From IMG/VR virus record IMGVR_UViG_3300010369_000001: DNA of 64,000 nt. One strand, 5' to 3'. The notes under the pieces are model-generated. The model was not told the DNA's origin. It saw only the letters and a program-made list of their open reading frames with translations, and made no database searches. Below are positions 52,529 to 62,483 of this stretch, piece by piece. The position numbers and the translations under genes are program-made. Within the stretch, counting starts at the first letter, position 1. The number at the start of each line of letters is the position of its first letter. This stretch comes from a virus. Lineage: Duplodnaviria > Heunggongvirae > Uroviricota > Caudoviricetes.

Positions 52529-53670
52529 TTAAATCCAAAGAATTTAGCTAATTCAGGTATATCAACGTTACCAATTTTAGCTAATCCGTTGAGCGTTTGC
52601 ATATTTGGTTTAATTCCCCCTAAGCCCACAAACACCCTCAAGCTATCAACGCCGCGTGCTGAGGTATTCTCATAAATACCCGGATGCAACATCATAGATG
52701 CGTGTTTAGAGCTATTTCTTAGCATCTCCAACCCATTCATCAATTCTTCATTCGAGAATGCGTTAAGAACATTTGTGCCGGCCAAAATAATACACGCAGC
52801 TTGCGACGCATGTGAAATATCCGCGTCAGATAAAGTGGCGCTCTGATACGTGGCCATAATAGCCTTTGACAATACATCGCTACCTTCTTGCCAATTTGGA
52901 ATGCCGGACATGCCCAAAGTTACCATGCCGCTGCTCAACAATTGCGAGAAGTCAGCTTTATCAAAGGATTGAATAGCTGGCGTAGCTGAAAGGACATTAA
53001 GCGTATGCAGCATAGTAACTACATCTTTATTAGCGTCTTTATGTAGCGAACCTACCGTCGATTTCCTAATTCTAGCTACTCGTGCATTATCTATAATCAA
53101 CAACGGTGCCGGATTTAATCTAGCAAATGCTTCATACGCGCCCAGCGCATTAGCTGCCACTCGGCTACCTTCGGCATTCTGCGGCAGGGAAAGTATCGCA
53201 CCGACTTTAGCGTTTATAGCATTGATTTCGATATACTCTTTCAACGCTTTAACAAGTTCTGGGCCACCACCGCTTCCAGTCCCGCCACCTAAACCAGCAC
53301 AAACCATTACAAAGTCAAATTCAGTACCAAGGATTTCCTTGAAATAGTTCATAAACTGAACTTTGTTTTGCGGCTTACTCATCAAATCTTTTGATACCGC
53401 CGGATTCTTACCTGATCCGCCTATATTAAGATTTACAAATTCAAGGTCTTCATTTAACCCAGCACGGTCTTGAAGGCACGTATTTATAGCTAAACACCGA
53501 CGGTAGCCGCGCTCATAAAATTCATTAACAATCCTACCACCAGCAGCGCCAACACCGACAAAAGCTAGCTTAAGGGCAACTGGCTCTGAATGCTGGTCTT
53601 TTTCTGGGCCACTTTCGGGATTTACTGCAATTACCTCTTGAATTTCTTCATCAAAAATACTGTTACTCAT
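52525..53670 (-). CDS. Tubulin/FtsZ-family GTPase (PhuZ/TubZ-like)
   Basis: FVGVGAAGGRIV, AINT, AGLGGGTGSGG signature, IIDN, FDKADF. Confidence 0.9.
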   Translation of the reverse strand: MSNSIFDEEIQEVIAVNPESGPEKDQHSEPVALKLAFVGVGAAGGRIVNEFYERGYRRCLAINTCLQDRAGLNEDLEFVNLNIGGSGKNPAVSKDLMSKPQNKVQFMNYFKEILGTEFDFVMVCAGLGGGTGSGGGPELVKALKEYIEINAINAKVGAILSLPQNAEGSRVAANALGAYEAFARLNPAPLLIIDNARVARIRKSTVGSLHKDANKDVVTMLHTLNVLSATPAIQSFDKADFSQLLSSGMVTLGMSGIPNWQEGSDVLSKAIMATYQSATLSDADISHASQAACIILAGTNVLNAFSNEELMNGLEMLRNSSKHASMMLHPGIYENTSARGVDSLRVFVGLGGIKPNMQTLNGLAKIGNVDIPELAKFFGFK

Positions 53671-53673
53671 GTT

Positions 53674-54090
53674 TTATTTATCTTGTTTAGCTACTAGCTT
53701 ACTTACGCCGTCTGTAAATACTACCTCAACGTCTTTTAATGACGCATTGTGGGCCGCCAGCGTCTTAGCGATTACAGATAAAGTGTACTGCCCGCAGCCA
53801 GGTATGTCAAGCACCTGCTGTTGAGTCATAGCCATTAATTCCCCGACTTTCGCAATACCCGCTCGCGCCAATACGGCCCTGACACGACCACTAAACGCAA
53901 AGAAGCTACTCACCGGAACGTCAATAAGTAGCATATTCGAGCCAGGCTGCTCAAACTCCATTAAGTCTAAACGCTGACCAGTCAAGGCTATGCACAAATA
54001 GTCAAGAACATTTATAATTTTATCTAATTTAACATTGGTTTCATTACGAAACTCTTTAATCTTACACTCTAAATAAGTGGCATCTGACAT
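53674..54090 (-). CDS. Stand-alone RNA polymerase alpha C-terminal domain-like protein
   Basis: FSGRVRAVLARAGIAKVGELMAMTQQQVLDIPGCGQYTL matches the alpha-CTD HhH pattern. Confidence 0.75.
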   Translation of the reverse strand: MSDATYLECKIKEFRNETNVKLDKIINVLDYLCIALTGQRLDLMEFEQPGSNMLLIDVPVSSFFAFSGRVRAVLARAGIAKVGELMAMTQQQVLDIPGCGQYTLSVIAKTLAAHNASLKDVEVVFTDGVSKLVAKQDK

Positions 54091-55187
54091 TTAAATTTCT
54101 CCAAATAATTAGCTAACCTCCAGCTCTGCATCTTCTCAATCCAATCTGCCAAGGATCTACCCGTTTTGCGCCACTCAAAGAAATATGGCGCAGCCAGTAA
54201 TTCAGAAACAGTAAGGGCGAAGTCTTTTTGAGACCATTCTTCTGATTTTCTCTCTCTTAACGATCTACGTTGTGCATAAATTGATTGCTCAAACTCATAT
54301 AATACCGTTTCTACTTTCTCAAACTCTTCCTTATACTCTGGGAAATAAGCTAGAAACTCCTCACTTTCACCTGACCGTATTTGATCAAGTATTCGCTCAA
54401 CAGTGAGAACACCGTTGTTCTTTAGATAAGACGCACTCAACCAAGCTGGGCCTTTGATTTTTACTCTGTTATAGTTCTTATCTACTACAACATAGCCTTC
54501 TTTATTAAAACCTAGCTTAGCTGCACTAGCCACACACTCATCAAGATTCGACAATCTATGATGTGGAGCCCAAGGAAAGCCCTCTATCATGGCCGCCACT
54601 TCCTTTAATGTTGTCATATCTCGTGTACCAATATGATAAAGAAAGACTTCTTTATATGGAACTACGACCCTATTAAGTGGGCCGCACAGCTCAAACATAT
54701 AGCAATAATTCTTATTTAGCCTGTCGAAATTTCCTCCCTGATTATTCCACGCTTCCATAAAATAGGCGTAGAAAGAAATGCCATTAGCCTGATCAAGAAG
54801 CGCATCTCTTGCGTCTATGCAATTATTAGTAGAGATATGCCAACCGCAATCATACCAAACTTTCATTAGTGAGCCATCAAGCTTCTCCAAAACTCTAGCT
54901 GAGTTCCAGTCAATTTTAGCCGCATGTCCTTCACCGTAATTGAAAAACTTATTGAAAGCTTGGCAAACTACTTTATAATCTTTACTGCCGTCAATTCGTC
55001 TTAGTATAATTCCTCTAGCTTCTTGTACAATCGGCAAAGAGAAATTGGACTCAACCATGTTGTACGAGAAAAGCACATAATCATCATTTATTTTAATATT
55101 TAAAGAATACGGAGGGGCGAGCAACTCATCAACCCACTCCTTTTGTGTACTCTTTGAATTAACAAATTTTACCAATTCTAGTTCCAT
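54069..55187 (-). CDS. RNA ligase, T4 Rnl1-like
   Basis: QEARGIIL, FNKFFNYGE, EKLDGSL, FELCGP, EGYVV, RVKIK. Confidence 0.9.
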   Translation of the reverse strand: MELELVKFVNSKSTQKEWVDELLAPPYSLNIKINDDYVLFSYNMVESNFSLPIVQEARGIILRRIDGSKDYKVVCQAFNKFFNYGEGHAAKIDWNSARVLEKLDGSLMKVWYDCGWHISTNNCIDARDALLDQANGISFYAYFMEAWNNQGGNFDRLNKNYCYMFELCGPLNRVVVPYKEVFLYHIGTRDMTTLKEVAAMIEGFPWAPHHRLSNLDECVASAAKLGFNKEGYVVVDKNYNRVKIKGPAWLSASYLKNNGVLTVERILDQIRSGESEEFLAYFPEYKEEFEKVETVLYEFEQSIYAQRRSLRERKSEEWSQKDFALTVSELLAAPYFFEWRKTGRSLADWIEKMQSWRLANYLEKFKCQMPLI

Positions 55188-55504
55188 TTATGCCCTTTCT
55201 CTCTTGGAGTAGCCGCTGAATGATACATACCATCCAAACCATCTATAATACGACCATCTTTATCTTTACCGTATGATGAAATCGCTAAACCTCCATAGTC
55301 TCTAGAAGTTATGAGGCCTAGCCTAATCGTAGCTAACTCGCGCTCTGCTGCTATTGCCGCCCATTTTTTACGTAATTTTTTACGTCGTTTTCTATTCCGC
55401 AGTTTTTCACTCACCGTAAATTCCCTCATGCTTAAATCCGTTCCATTTATGCTCGCACCAAGGACGCGCCCACTCACAGCGACGACAAATAATTTCATCA
55501 TCAT
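55178..55504 (-). CDS. Hypothetical protein (true start probably near 55414-55429)
   Basis: Basic ORF filling the gap between rSAM and ligase genes. Confidence 0.45.
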   Translation of the reverse strand: MMMKLFVVAVSGRVLGASINGTDLSMREFTVSEKLRNRKRRKKLRKKWAAIAAERELATIRLGLITSRDYGGLAISSYGKDKDGRIIDGLDGMYHSAATPREKGHKWN

Positions 55505-56321
55505 TTTTAGCCATCATAGCCGCCTCAAAGCGCATACGGATTTTTCCATTAATAATTTCATCATAAGTTTGATAGTAAAGATTACCTAGCGGATGCGCTA
55601 GTTCAAAATCCATACAACAAGGAATCACAGTACCGTCAGGCAATACAATTGTGGCTTCTGCACATGTCGGTCTCGGTTCAAGAGCATTATTACTAAACCG
55701 CCTATTACAAAGAATCGGGGTTTCTTTAGGCCAGCTAACTGGTGCGTCAGTTGAAAATTTAAGCTCTTTTAATGCGTCTCGATCAATGAGTTCCAGTCTT
55801 GCTGAAATTTTCTCATCACGAATATATTCCGCATCTATAATTTCTTTAACTTTTTCATGCGGCTCGCCGACACACATATACTGTGTGCCGGATTTATTTA
55901 TTGCTGCATAGAGTGCTAAGTTTTGAAGATATTGTTTAGTTATCTTGATTTTAGTAAATCCCTCAGCATCAGGTAAATGAATTACTGTAACATCTGAAGG
56001 CGTATACGCAATTTTAGTAACTAGCTCTTCAGTTATCTCAGATAATGTGGTGAATAGGTATATTTTTCTACCGTCCTCTACCGCATAATCTAACATGTGC
56101 GTAAAATCTGGATTATGACATGGTTCGCTAAACCCGGCAAAATCTATAATTACATCTTTTGGTATATTTTTGAGAAGAGCCTTAAAATTACGCAAATTTA
56201 TAGTGGCTCTTCTATTTTTATCGTGTTTATAATACTCTCGCAATAATACCTGTTGCGGACAGTAAACACAATTATTTTTACACCCTATGTCGAGCGTAAA
56301 TTCAACCCACCTATGACTCAT
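55407..56321 (-). CDS. Radical SAM protein with SPASM/twitch domain
   Basis: GCKNNCVYC, FAGFSEP, VIPCCMDF, ICRRC. Confidence 0.9.
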   Translation of the reverse strand: MSHRWVEFTLDIGCKNNCVYCPQQVLLREYYKHDKNRRATINLRNFKALLKNIPKDVIIDFAGFSEPCHNPDFTHMLDYAVEDGRKIYLFTTLSEITEELVTKIAYTPSDVTVIHLPDAEGFTKIKITKQYLQNLALYAAINKSGTQYMCVGEPHEKVKEIIDAEYIRDEKISARLELIDRDALKELKFSTDAPVSWPKETPILCNRRFSNNALEPRPTCAEATIVLPDGTVIPCCMDFELAHPLGNLYYQTYDEIINGKIRMRFEAAMMAKNDDEIICRRCEWARPWCEHKWNGFKHEGIYGE

Positions 56322-58140
56322 TATTTTTTTCTAAATTAAGGTTATGGGTGCCGAAAGTAGAAAAAGCACGTTCAACTATTGTACTAAAATATGAAACATC
56401 GCGCACCAACGACCTATACTGAATTTCTCGCTGATCCTCAGAAATAGTGACATCGCCGCGCAAAAACTTGACAACTTTTTCAGGTATTGGGCGTTCAAAT
56501 AGGATATAAGGATACTTGGCGTGCCCATCCGCATCTGCCTCACAGGTTGAGGTAGAACCCTGACAACAACCTTTAGTCGCGTAACCCCATTTATTTAGCT
56601 TAGCTATAAGGCCGCGCAATTCAATATCTATCTCTTCACTGCATAACGGAAGAGTATCATAATAGACATTCTTACTGCCTTTTTCAAAGAATTGCTGAAT
56701 TGATTTAGCATAGACAGGTTTAACCCAATATCGCCAACTTGAGTAACTATCCCGCTTACCCTCTCTAACTAATCGAACATGCTGGGACTCTGGCGCATAA
56801 CTTGACGGAGCCATTGTCATTTTAACAGCGTCTATAGCCATTGAAAAATGACCTTCATAAGGCGTATATAGTAGCTCAGGAATGTTTAGCGCTTCAATCT
56901 CTTCTCGATGATCCTCAAGAAATTTGGTATCAACACCAATATTTACTTGATTTAAACTAGATAAAGCGCTGCCGTTTTTAAGCTTTTTACTTTCTATGCT
57001 CTTTAACGTACGCTCATCACAATTAGCTCCTCGACCTACTGCCTTATAACCTAAGAGAACATACTTAACGCCGTAATAAGACTCAAGACAGCTAAGAATC
57101 TTCTCAATATCCGACACTCCGTCCACCATCTGAACTGCGTACTTAAAGCTTGAAATATCGTGATAATGCACAATACTCTGTATTTTCTTTGCGTCACTAT
57201 AAGCATTTTGAGCTGAGAAAGCTACTCTGCCGACATATTTTTTTAGAAATTTAACATTTTCTTCCGTAAACCACGCATAATTCTTTGTGGTAAAGTTAAC
57301 TGAAAGATCGTACTTGTACGCTTGTTTAATTATTTCCTTGAAATCCGGATGCTTAGTTGGCTCGCCGCCACCGAGTACAACCTCGGGAACACCTAGCTGA
57401 GCTAGTGACCTCAAAATAGTAATAACATCTTCCGTCTTTGCATGACGCCCCTTCTCCGTAGAATTCGCGTAACAAAACTCACATTCTTGCTCACAATAAT
57501 CAGTAATCTTGAGATCAACTAATTCTGGTATTGAGGCATACGTAATCGGAGCGTCATCAAATCTGATCCGAAGCTTATTACCAGTATGCTTGTCAAATAA
57601 TAACCAATAACCAGTCACGGGATCTTTACGACATCTAGTAAAGTTGTTATGCTGTAGCCTTCCAATAAGGCTTTTACCTTCGTATTTCAGCGATAACTCA
57701 CGAAACGCTTCTGTGAAATTATTATTGTCTCCAAACAAAATAACATTTTCTTGAAGCAGCCACTCTTTAAACTCCTTAAAGAACTCTTCGCAAGGCAGCT
57801 TACCTCCTACTGGAATAGGAAGATCGATAGGGTCACTTCCGCTTAGGCTCCTAGACACAAATTCACGCGGGTTATCCATTTCCAACCACTCTCGTGCGTA
57901 ATATTCCCAAATGTATTTAGGAAGACCTTTGTAACACAAAGAATGCGACAAGAAAGTACCGATATAATCTAGCTTCTTGCGACGATCAACAACCATAAAT
58001 GCTTCAGAATTAAAGTCATCTATTGTTAAATGCCCACACTCTTCTGAGCTAGGGTCTGGTTTATCCTTTGGAAATAATATAAATGAATGAGTACTACTCG
58101 AATTACACGCAAAGCCCAATCTGATGTTATGAATTTTCAT
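56311..58140 (-). CDS. Radical SAM protein with N-terminal 'NSSSTHS' domain and C-terminal extension
   Basis: IRLGFACNSSSTHS; DLKITDYCEQECEFCY, LGGGEPT, NFTT. Confidence 0.9.
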   Translation of the reverse strand: MKIHNIRLGFACNSSSTHSFILFPKDKPDPSSEECGHLTIDDFNSEAFMVVDRRKKLDYIGTFLSHSLCYKGLPKYIWEYYAREWLEMDNPREFVSRSLSGSDPIDLPIPVGGKLPCEEFFKEFKEWLLQENVILFGDNNNFTEAFRELSLKYEGKSLIGRLQHNNFTRCRKDPVTGYWLLFDKHTGNKLRIRFDDAPITYASIPELVDLKITDYCEQECEFCYANSTEKGRHAKTEDVITILRSLAQLGVPEVVLGGGEPTKHPDFKEIIKQAYKYDLSVNFTTKNYAWFTEENVKFLKKYVGRVAFSAQNAYSDAKKIQSIVHYHDISSFKYAVQMVDGVSDIEKILSCLESYYGVKYVLLGYKAVGRGANCDERTLKSIESKKLKNGSALSSLNQVNIGVDTKFLEDHREEIEALNIPELLYTPYEGHFSMAIDAVKMTMAPSSYAPESQHVRLVREGKRDSYSSWRYWVKPVYAKSIQQFFEKGSKNVYYDTLPLCSEEIDIELRGLIAKLNKWGYATKGCCQGSTSTCEADADGHAKYPYILFERPIPEKVVKFLRGDVTISEDQREIQYRSLVRDVSYFSTIVERAFSTFGTHNLNLEKNNES

Positions 58141-58828
58141 TGTGAACTGTAACTGTTATTATTCCCTGAGGATTAAACCTCATATCTTCAGTATGACAAG
58201 CTGCATTAATTATTGTAGCTCCATTATTTAATCGTCCAATATACCCCGCTCCCTGGTGGTTATGCCCAAAAATGAATAATTTTAATTGTGGTAAACTCTC
58301 GGCCACCACTGTTAGTTCTTCACTGCCTATGTCTCTATTGTCACTAGTAATACTGCCGTTAAAGAAAGCTGGCGGGCTATGAGTAATTAAAACGTCCGTG
58401 TCTATGGACGGGTTAAACTTCAGCTTATCTACCGGAAGTTGGTAATTCCAATTTCCATAAACTGAAGTATACGGAGACCCCCAAAATTTTAAACCTTTAT
58501 AGGTAATTTCCTGTTCGTGCAAAAAGATAACCGATTTCTTTGTTATCTTTTTTGTACCAGCGACATAAGCAGCATTATCAGGAAAATGTTTAGCTATTTT
58601 CCAGAAATCGTGATTCCCGGCGACCCCAATAATTGGGCACCGAGCATGCTTTGCGGCAGCATGAAGTAAATCAATAAAACCGTTGTAAATTTGATGGAGA
58701 ACAATGTCGCCAGCTAAGATAATTAAATCAGCGTTTGCTTCACGAGCTACGCCGCTTACCCTAGCTAGCACCAAGCTGGAACCGTGTATATCTGCTGCGC
58801 AGACTATTTTAAATTGTTTCATAAGCAT
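58127..58828 (-). CDS. Calcineurin-like metallophosphoesterase
   Basis: ADIHG, AGDI, GNHD, THSPP, GHNH. Confidence 0.9.
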   Translation of the reverse strand: MLMKQFKIVCAADIHGSSLVLARVSGVAREANADLIILAGDIVLHQIYNGFIDLLHAAAKHARCPIIGVAGNHDFWKIAKHFPDNAAYVAGTKKITKKSVIFLHEQEITYKGLKFWGSPYTSVYGNWNYQLPVDKLKFNPSIDTDVLITHSPPAFFNGSITSDNRDIGSEELTVVAESLPQLKLFIFGHNHQGAGYIGRLNNGATIINAACHTEDMRFNPQGIITVTVHNENS

Positions 58829-58864
58829 AAATTGGCCATTTCACCCATTTTAACTTTGGTAATT

Positions 58865-59404
58865 TCATAGCGGCAAAACATCCTCCAGATGAAAGATCAC
58901 CACATTACGCCCTGGCAGCGTCTCATGAATTAGTTTCTCAATTAATGTCCATTTACCGCCAGCTAACCCCGCACCAAATAGGGGTGCAATAATCCGCACG
59001 TCGTTAGGTATTCTTTCAGCTACTTTTTGAAGGCAGCTTTTAATGGCCTCGTAATCAATAGGTGTTGGATTATCTGGGCCAATTACGCCATTTTGCCCGA
59101 TCATATTAACAATCTTAATGTCAACACCGTCAGGACTGCTGTTGTCAGCGTAATAAAAATGCTCAACTACCTGAATCTGCCCTAGCCCAAAAATACCTGA
59201 AGCAACAGCTCGAATATTTTTAGGGTAGCAATCTCCTGGGTTATTAAACCAGCACTTATAAGCTATCTTACTTATTGGAGCAAAATGCTCTAAAGGCACA
59301 ACAAAGCCACTACCCCAACCGCCGATGTTATTACAGCAGTGAATAATTACATCCCTATCCTGGACGTGCTCGAATAAGTTTCCTTTTATATACTCTATTG
59401 GCAT
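58865..59404 (-). CDS. Macrodomain (Appr-1''-p / ADP-ribose processing, Poa1p-like)
   Basis: KGNLF, IHCCNNIGGWGSGF, NMIGQ, APLFGAGLAGGKW. Confidence 0.9.
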   Translation of the reverse strand: MPIEYIKGNLFEHVQDRDVIIHCCNNIGGWGSGFVVPLEHFAPISKIAYKCWFNNPGDCYPKNIRAVASGIFGLGQIQVVEHFYYADNSSPDGVDIKIVNMIGQNGVIGPDNPTPIDYEAIKSCLQKVAERIPNDVRIIAPLFGAGLAGGKWTLIEKLIHETLPGRNVVIFHLEDVLPL

Positions 59405-59407
59405 GGC

Positions 59408-59479
59408 TTATGCGTTGTAAATGAGAATGAAAACTAACACTAATAAGATTAAAAATAGCAGAAAAAATATTGCAGCCAT
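59408..59479 (-). CDS. 23-aa hydrophobic peptide (not in ORF track)
   Basis: MAAIFFLLFLILLVLVFILIYNA; ATG directly follows ligase stop and fills the gap. Confidence 0.45.
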   Translation of the reverse strand: MAAIFFLLFLILLVLVFILIYNA

Positions 59480-61090
59480 TTATTTTTCTTTTAACGAAAA
59501 CAAGAATTTATTCGATATTGTCTTCCAACTAATCATAGCATCTTTATGACATTTCCAAACTAATCCTTCACGTTCCTGTTCCGGACATAGAACACTCGCT
59601 CCCTCAGCATAAGTGAGTGCGTCAGAGACAACAAATTCCTTTAGCTTTGTCATAAAATACGTCCAGTATTGATCCTGCTCAATTGACATGTCGTTAACAA
59701 AGGACATGGCCGCATTGATCTGATTTGATGACGGCGCAAAAGTAAGCCACTCCGCTATAACCGGTACTTCAAGAATTGGCGGCGCGTCAGGTTCGTAAGT
59801 ATTTAGCTCGGCGATTAAATTCCTCCGGTCAATTGGGCTCAGATATCGGCTCATCTCAACATCATAAACATCAAAGACCCTCATTTCTGTCTCAGTCAGT
59901 CGATATTTATTTTTCTGAATACCCGGCCCAATAATTTCTGAAGAAATAGCGTACATAACCCCGTTAGTTTTACAATACGCACCTAACCTCTCTTCCAGCT
60001 TATACTTACGTGCCATGTCCCAGTAAACTGAGTTATAACATACTGTTTTTGTAAAAACTGTACCGTCATCATTACGGAACGTTTTCTCTTCTGGAATTGG
60101 TTCTTTTAGTTCTAAGTTACGAGAACATACGTGAAATTGCCAGTCTATAAATCTCTCGTGAGGAGCTAACACGCGGCCTCCACGACCACCTATTACAAAA
60201 TTACTATTGGCAGTAAAGCCACACGTAAAGCTAGTGCCATCTAATTTCTCCTCAACTGTGACAGTATGCCCATACAGCTGCATCAATTTACCAATACCAA
60301 ATGACTGAAGATTTTCTTGGTCTGTTTTACGGAAACGTCCAATAAAATTGCCTTTACGTTGCCCGATGTTAAAACCAAAACCGCCAAATACGGGCGCCAT
60401 ATATTTCTTAATCCCCAATTGCTGACCCACGTCGGTACCGTCAGGGATGCTCTGATTCAGCTCAGGGAACTCTGTCAAAGCTACGGCATAACCTTGTGAA
60501 ATTTGTCCACGAAGCTTGATGCTTTTAATACGATAACCTTCTTTACCCCTTAAAGCCTTATTGCTTCTGCCTTCCAGTATGGAATAGCGCTCTTCTTTAG
60601 GGAGCCAAGCATCCAGCTCGAAGAACACGCAACGATCTCCAACTTTACAAGAATTACGACCCATAACTACTTCCCAACCATTTGTTGTAAAAGTAACAAC
60701 ATCCAAATTATCCGAATCTGGTACTTTTCGTACTGAATTAATGGTCGTTACAGTAGCTAAATTTGCTATTTTATCTTCATTAAATGCTTGCTCTTGATCG
60801 GCCGCTTTATCTATTTCATCTGCCACCGGAGTATACGGTGCAATTTTTACATTATCTGTATACATTTCTTTCCTTTCAAAGGTGCAAATATTATCCCCTA
60901 CCTGTAAAACACGAGTAAACGCTGGCAACGGATCACTTAATTTGAGGTAATTATCATCAGCTTCGTTCTTATGTGCCCATAATTTTTTACCATTAATATA
61001 AATAGAGCCCCGCAGGGCTGCCCGACGCATTTCTGCGCCGGTACGTACCAGCCCTGAACTCAAAATCACATCTGCAATTGTTTGTGTCAT
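59480..61090 (-). CDS. RNA ligase, DRB0094 family, with N-terminal S4-like domain
   Basis: OB module (DSDNLDVV, GWEVV, FFELDAWLP, IKLRGQISQG), KTDQENLQ, EEKLDGTS, EREGLV, KTISNKFL. Confidence 0.88.
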   Translation of the reverse strand: MTQTIADVILSSGLVRTGAEMRRAALRGSIYINGKKLWAHKNEADDNYLKLSDPLPAFTRVLQVGDNICTFERKEMYTDNVKIAPYTPVADEIDKAADQEQAFNEDKIANLATVTTINSVRKVPDSDNLDVVTFTTNGWEVVMGRNSCKVGDRCVFFELDAWLPKEERYSILEGRSNKALRGKEGYRIKSIKLRGQISQGYAVALTEFPELNQSIPDGTDVGQQLGIKKYMAPVFGGFGFNIGQRKGNFIGRFRKTDQENLQSFGIGKLMQLYGHTVTVEEKLDGTSFTCGFTANSNFVIGGRGGRVLAPHERFIDWQFHVCSRNLELKEPIPEEKTFRNDDGTVFTKTVCYNSVYWDMARKYKLEERLGAYCKTNGVMYAISSEIIGPGIQKNKYRLTETEMRVFDVYDVEMSRYLSPIDRRNLIAELNTYEPDAPPILEVPVIAEWLTFAPSSNQINAAMSFVNDMSIEQDQYWTYFMTKLKEFVVSDALTYAEGASVLCPEQEREGLVWKCHKDAMISWKTISNKFLFSLKEK

Positions 61091-61461
61091 GCTTTGAAAC
61101 TGTCTTTAACATAGTTATTAAGTTGTGCCGGAACTTTAACATAGTCTATTTCTTTAGACCACACTATCTCATCTCCATCTAAATGTGGATACATTGAAGC
61201 CGATGGCTGCCAGCGCCCAGTCCATTTCAGAATAGTAATTTCCCAGCCGTCTTTATCTGTTTCATGTGCAGCCAGCGTTAATAACGCATTCTCAACCTCG
61301 TAACGATTTAAGAAAATACCAAACTGTACTGTCTCATCACGAACTTGAAGCTCTAGTGTCCAAACGCCTACAGTACAACTAGAGGGCAGCTTCAGCTTAC
61401 GCATTATCGTATCCAAAATATTCTTAGTATTGGCTTTAGTTGCTGTAGCTATTACACTCAT
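61087..61461 (-). CDS. Hypothetical protein
   Basis: 124 aa coupled ORF. Confidence 0.65.
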   Translation of the reverse strand: MSVIATATKANTKNILDTIMRKLKLPSSCTVGVWTLELQVRDETVQFGIFLNRYEVENALLTLAAHETDKDGWEITILKWTGRWQPSASMYPHLDGDEIVWSKEIDYVKVPAQLNNYVKDSFKA

Positions 61462-61725
61462 TTAACTGTGCCCGCAAATTGCTGACATGATGCCCTTTAA
61501 ACCATCGTGTACAGTTTCTGCTAAATGGTTAAAACCTCTTTCTATTACGTCAGCTATTTTATCCGTGTCGCACTCCGACAGGCAGGCTACAATATCCGCT
61601 AACTCCTTTCTAATTGGGTCAGCGATCTCGTCTTCATTTATTGCGCTTTGATTATTGGCCTGAGCTAACTCATTTTTAATATCTTCAAGCATGGAAACCA
61701 ATCTCGAATCGTCAAACATCAACAC
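61462..61725 (-). CDS. Acidic helical hypothetical protein
   Basis: 87 aa coupled ORF. Confidence 0.6.
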   Translation of the reverse strand: MLMFDDSRLVSMLEDIKNELAQANNQSAINEDEIADPIRKELADIVACLSECDTDKIADVIERGFNHLAETVHDGLKGIMSAICGHS

Positions 61726-62035
61726 CTCCCATTAAACACTGCAATTTGAACCTTGCATAATCCATTTTTAATTCATCACTCCTTGCGCATTTCTTGAAGA
61801 ATGTACAGGTTTCTTCCCCCAGTATCTCCAAGCAAATATGGCGCACACAATATTCGGCATATTCGTCACTATTATTAACTGTTTTACCTAGTGCGTCAGT
61901 TAACACTTTGACCGCTGCTTTAAACTTTTCTTCTGTAATGACTTTTGGAGTGTCACCAAAAATCATAGGGTTATCCGCAAATGGGTGTAACGTTGTAATC
62001 TTTAGTTTTTTTTGTCTTTTTTTTTTCTTAGTCAC
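61712..62035 (-). CDS. Hypothetical protein
   Basis: 107 aa, basic N-terminus. Confidence 0.65.
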   Translation of the reverse strand: MTKKKKRQKKLKITTLHPFADNPMIFGDTPKVITEEKFKAAVKVLTDALGKTVNNSDEYAEYCVRHICLEILGEETCTFFKKCARSDELKMDYARFKLQCLMGGVDV

Positions 62036-62483
62036 AGGGCGAACAAATATATGAAGATTCTTCTACTATGTTTAAATAATCCTTAATATAACCTAAAGGC
62101 ATCACACAAGTTGGAAATAACCGGTTCTTACCATTAATAATTCGCTTTGAGCCTGCTCCGCCAGGGAGAGTGTATACCATGTCCAATCCCGGATAAGAAT
62201 GCCACGCTAGCGGCATGCCATGACCTACATAATTATGGCATGCTCTAATGGCTTCAGCTATGGAAAAAAATCGACAGAGTCGGCCATTTTTATATTTCTC
62301 AAAAGGAATCGGCCCAGAATGCCACGTTAGAGGCACTTCTCCAAAGAACAGCTCAAAGTTAGCTGGCTTACGGACTTCCGGAAGGTTCTTCACCCATACG
62401 GGGATCTCCTGATAATACGATAACTGGCTCGCCACTTCGTCTTGTAAATGCGAATCCCGCTTCCATTCTTGTTTTTGTTTCAT
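62028..62483 (-). CDS. Hypothetical protein (start uncertain)
   Basis: 151 aa ORF, 5' part overlaps upstream gene. Confidence 0.5.
   Translation of the reverse strand: MKQKQEWKRDSHLQDEVASQLSYYQEIPVWVKNLPEVRKPANFELFFGEVPLTWHSGPIPFEKYKNGRLCRFFSIAEAIRACHNYVGHGMPLAWHSYPGLDMVYTLPGGAGSKRIINGKNRLFPTCVMPLGYIKDYLNIVEESSYICSPCD

Noticed and set aside
52525-53670. Assigning the gene symbol ftsZ and a cellular origin
   Set aside because: No dcw cluster, divergent sequence and phage context; treated as a PhuZ/TubZ-like homologue.
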